Notes under the pieces: model-generated
Databases searched by the model: none
Seen by the model: the letters and a program-made list of their open reading frames with translations, nothing else
Told to the model about the DNA's origin: nothing
Program-made: the position numbers and the translations under genes
DNA from: Bilabrum cf. latius
Taxonomy: Eukaryota
DNA length: 64,000 nt
Direction: 5' to 3'
Assembly: GCA_965178125.1 (NCBI GenBank)
Contig: OZ237749.1
Span: forward strand, 806,001 to 870,000
Part shown: positions 61,881 to 64,000 of the stretch, in pieces
Position numbering within the stretch: position 1 is the stretch's first letter
Layout of the letters: each line of letters begins with the position of its first letter

Positions 61881-62864
61881 TCACGACACGACGCAGCAGC
61901 CACCGCCGCCCTGCACGACGCCATCGTGCTACTCGCTGGGACCGTCTTCCAATGAGTACTTCTCTCCACCAGAATCGCCGGCAGTGCCTCCCCCGGCTGT
62001 CCCCGCGGTGTCCTTCTGGCTCGCACCGTTGTCAGCGTCCCACACGCTCCTCGCTCCCCCCGTGTCCACCTTCACGGGGCGGCTCTTTCTACTCGCACTA
62101 CTGCCAGAACCACACTTATCCAAATCACTGCTGGTGTGCTTGAAGACAATTTGCGTGGCGCTGCCGCGATTCTTCAAGCCAGCGCCGCCGGGTGACATCG
62201 CGTACGAATCCGCAAAGTCCGAACTGGGCTACTATCCAGCACTACCGCTCGGTTTCGAGCCACCAGCTCCACCCATCTTACATGAATGCGTTCTCTTTCC
62301 CTTTGAAGTGGTCTACGGGCTCAATGCAGCATCAGCAGACCGACCTATCCCGGTCGAGACGCTGCCGGCTTGAGTTGCGGTGGTTCCAGACTCCACGAGA
62401 CCAGCCCCGTTCGCAGCCGCAGCCCTACATCCAGCTCTGGTGCTCTTGGATGAGCTTTGGCTAGTACGTGACCCTCTACCAGTGTCCATGGCGTCCTCCC
62501 CGAGCGTCATTCGAAGAAACTTGAGCTAATTGGCATTGGGAGCCGAGGCACGCCTTATTCGGCCTTCGCTGACAAAGTGCTGGTTTCCTTCATTCGCATC
62601 AAGACTATCTGCGGCTAAAGCGGCTGCAGCAGCTGCACCAGCCCTGCCAGCGTCTGCATCCCGTGCAACCGGCTGGTGCAGCGCTGCTCCAGCGTCTCGC
62701 ACAGCCTGCTTTATAGCCCTACCATCAGTATGCGAGCGCCTTTTATGAGCTGCAAGCATTCCAAGACCTCTTTCATGGCTGTTGAACTCTATGCTATCAA
62801 CTGCAGGTGCCCCAACTGCAGAGGAACGCCTGTTCGAGGTGGCCGCGCTCGTTTGCTTTTGCAT
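61881..62864 (-). CDS. Hypothetical disordered protein ending in a CaaX motif (GGCCVVS)
   Basis: Same-frame pieces joined across TAG at 62526, 62313, 62232, 62229 and 61929; ends ...GGGGCCVVS-TGA. Start is uncertain (62864 or 62966, or an upstream exon). Confidence 0.6.
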
Positions 62865-63309
62865 TGCGATCAAGCCATCAACACCGCCAATAGCGAGTGC
62901 TCGTAAGGCCCCAACAGTTCGTCTGCGATCAATATACGGAACTAGTGAACTACTGTATGGATACATACATAGGTTGGCCCCCTAAACTTGCGTGTCGCCT
63001 CACCTTGCTCGTGGAGTGGACATTAATCTTAGTGACCGCCGACTGCTAGATTTTCCATCTCTCCATTCTAATCTTCTTGTTATATGCCTTCCATTCAAGT
63101 GCGGCTGTATTTCCACCGACATTTACGAAGTACTGGTCGATGCATGGCGGTCGCGCCGGCAAGGCTGGGTGGAGGCGCAAGTTGGTCGCACGGCTTCCCA
63201 CCCTGAAATCTTTTGCAGAGAGTGATACTGATATGAGAGGCAGCATTTTCCAGTCGTTTGCTAGTGACAAACTTATCATACAGGTAGAGCTGTCATTCGT
63301 TTCATCGCA

Positions 63310-64000
63310 TCAGTGGAACCGTTGAGGCCGCCTTGGCCTGTCAGCTTCATCGGCGACGCCTACTATGGGAGAGCCTCTGGCGCCTTCACTTCCCGCCCAA
63401 CCGAACGATGCTTGCCCTGCAGACTCAATAGAGGCAGTCATTCCAGTCATTCCAGCTGGAACTGGTCCTTCATTGGTTATGCTGCCGTGCGCTCCTTGGT
63501 GACCGGAACCTTCGGTGAGGTCTCTGAGAGCACTGCCACCACCAGCGGGTGCGCTAGGTCTGCCTTCCCCTTCACCAATCTATCCGCTTGCACTTGCACC
63601 CGCCTGCATTGGAGATCCGGGTGGCATTTGAACACCTGAAGAACCCCTCGCGCTCCCAGGACTGCCGGTAGCCCCTGCTCCTCCGAAAGCACTTGCCCCG
63701 CCGAGCAACGAGGGACCGGCACTCACGGACGGCTTGGCATCGACGTCCATGCTCGCCATGGAATCGGGCGCGTCCAAGTAGGCAGAAGTGGAGGAGGAAG
63801 AGGATGAAGATTTCCCTCTGTCTCCCTGCCTCCACCTGTCGGAGCCGGTTGGGGACTGGTGCCCATTGGCGATTGCTGCTTCGCCGCCGCGAGGACTTGG
63901 GGACCCCGCAGATCGAGCACTGTGTTCTCCGGGTGGCTTGACCTGCATGGTGGAGTGCTCCGCCACCCTACCAGACTCCGGGTCGATCGCCCACAGGGGC
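63310..64000 (-). CDS. 3' part of a low-complexity Ser/Gly/Ala protein running off the window
   Basis: ORF 63580-63966 continues through TAG at 63580 to TGA at 63310-63312. Confidence 0.45.

Noticed and set aside
63004-63279. ORF 63046-63279 (-) as an upstream exon of the CaaX gene
   Set aside because: A GTGAGG donor exists at ~63003, but I could not find a phase-compatible acceptor; left unresolved.
224-63582. TAG-interrupted genes as pseudogenes or sequencing errors
   Set aside because: Only TAG interrupts the frames (never TAA, TGA or frameshifts), housekeeping genes are affected, and TAG aligns to conserved Gln.
224-63582. UAG as pyrrolysine, Leu, Glu or programmed readthrough
   Set aside because: Eukaryotic genes with many TAGs each, tandem TAG TAG, no shared downstream context, and two conserved anchors that both specify Gln.
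1-64000. Suppressor tRNA-Gln(CUA) or eRF1 gene
   Set aside because: No tRNA cloverleaf or eRF1 motif recognised in this window; the machinery must lie elsewhere.

Overview
Gene-dense, GC-rich nuclear DNA from a flagellated protist: short GT-AG introns, 60-300 bp intergenic gaps, and GAS8/DRC4, TTLL9, RPL38, TRAPPC6, glucosidase II beta, a sugar porter and a cullin. The main signal is a non-standard nuclear genetic code. The fragmented ORF track joins into about 18 genes once TAG is read as sense, with more than 70 in-frame TAG codons. TAG falls on conserved glutamines (GAS8 VYE*KVKHL vs VYKQKVKHL; sugar porter RGFLTGLH*QF at the GLUT1 Gln161 position), so UAG = Gln. I found no internal in-frame TAA; genes end in TGA (most) or TAA (two). 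UAG therefore appears reassigned while UAA remains a stop, a rare uncoupled code. The first 18.4 kb encode the C-terminal >6,100 aa of a giant Gly/Ser/Ala protein with an EGF-like motif and 30 near-identical 510/555-bp units built from ~15-aa probable beta-solenoid coils. Other notable items are a 3,512-aa PA14-LRR-Cys-rich multi-TM receptor-like protein, a DUF1415-like gene, and a palindromic AGTGCACT motif in three promoter gaps. Homology calls are from recalled motifs, not database searches.
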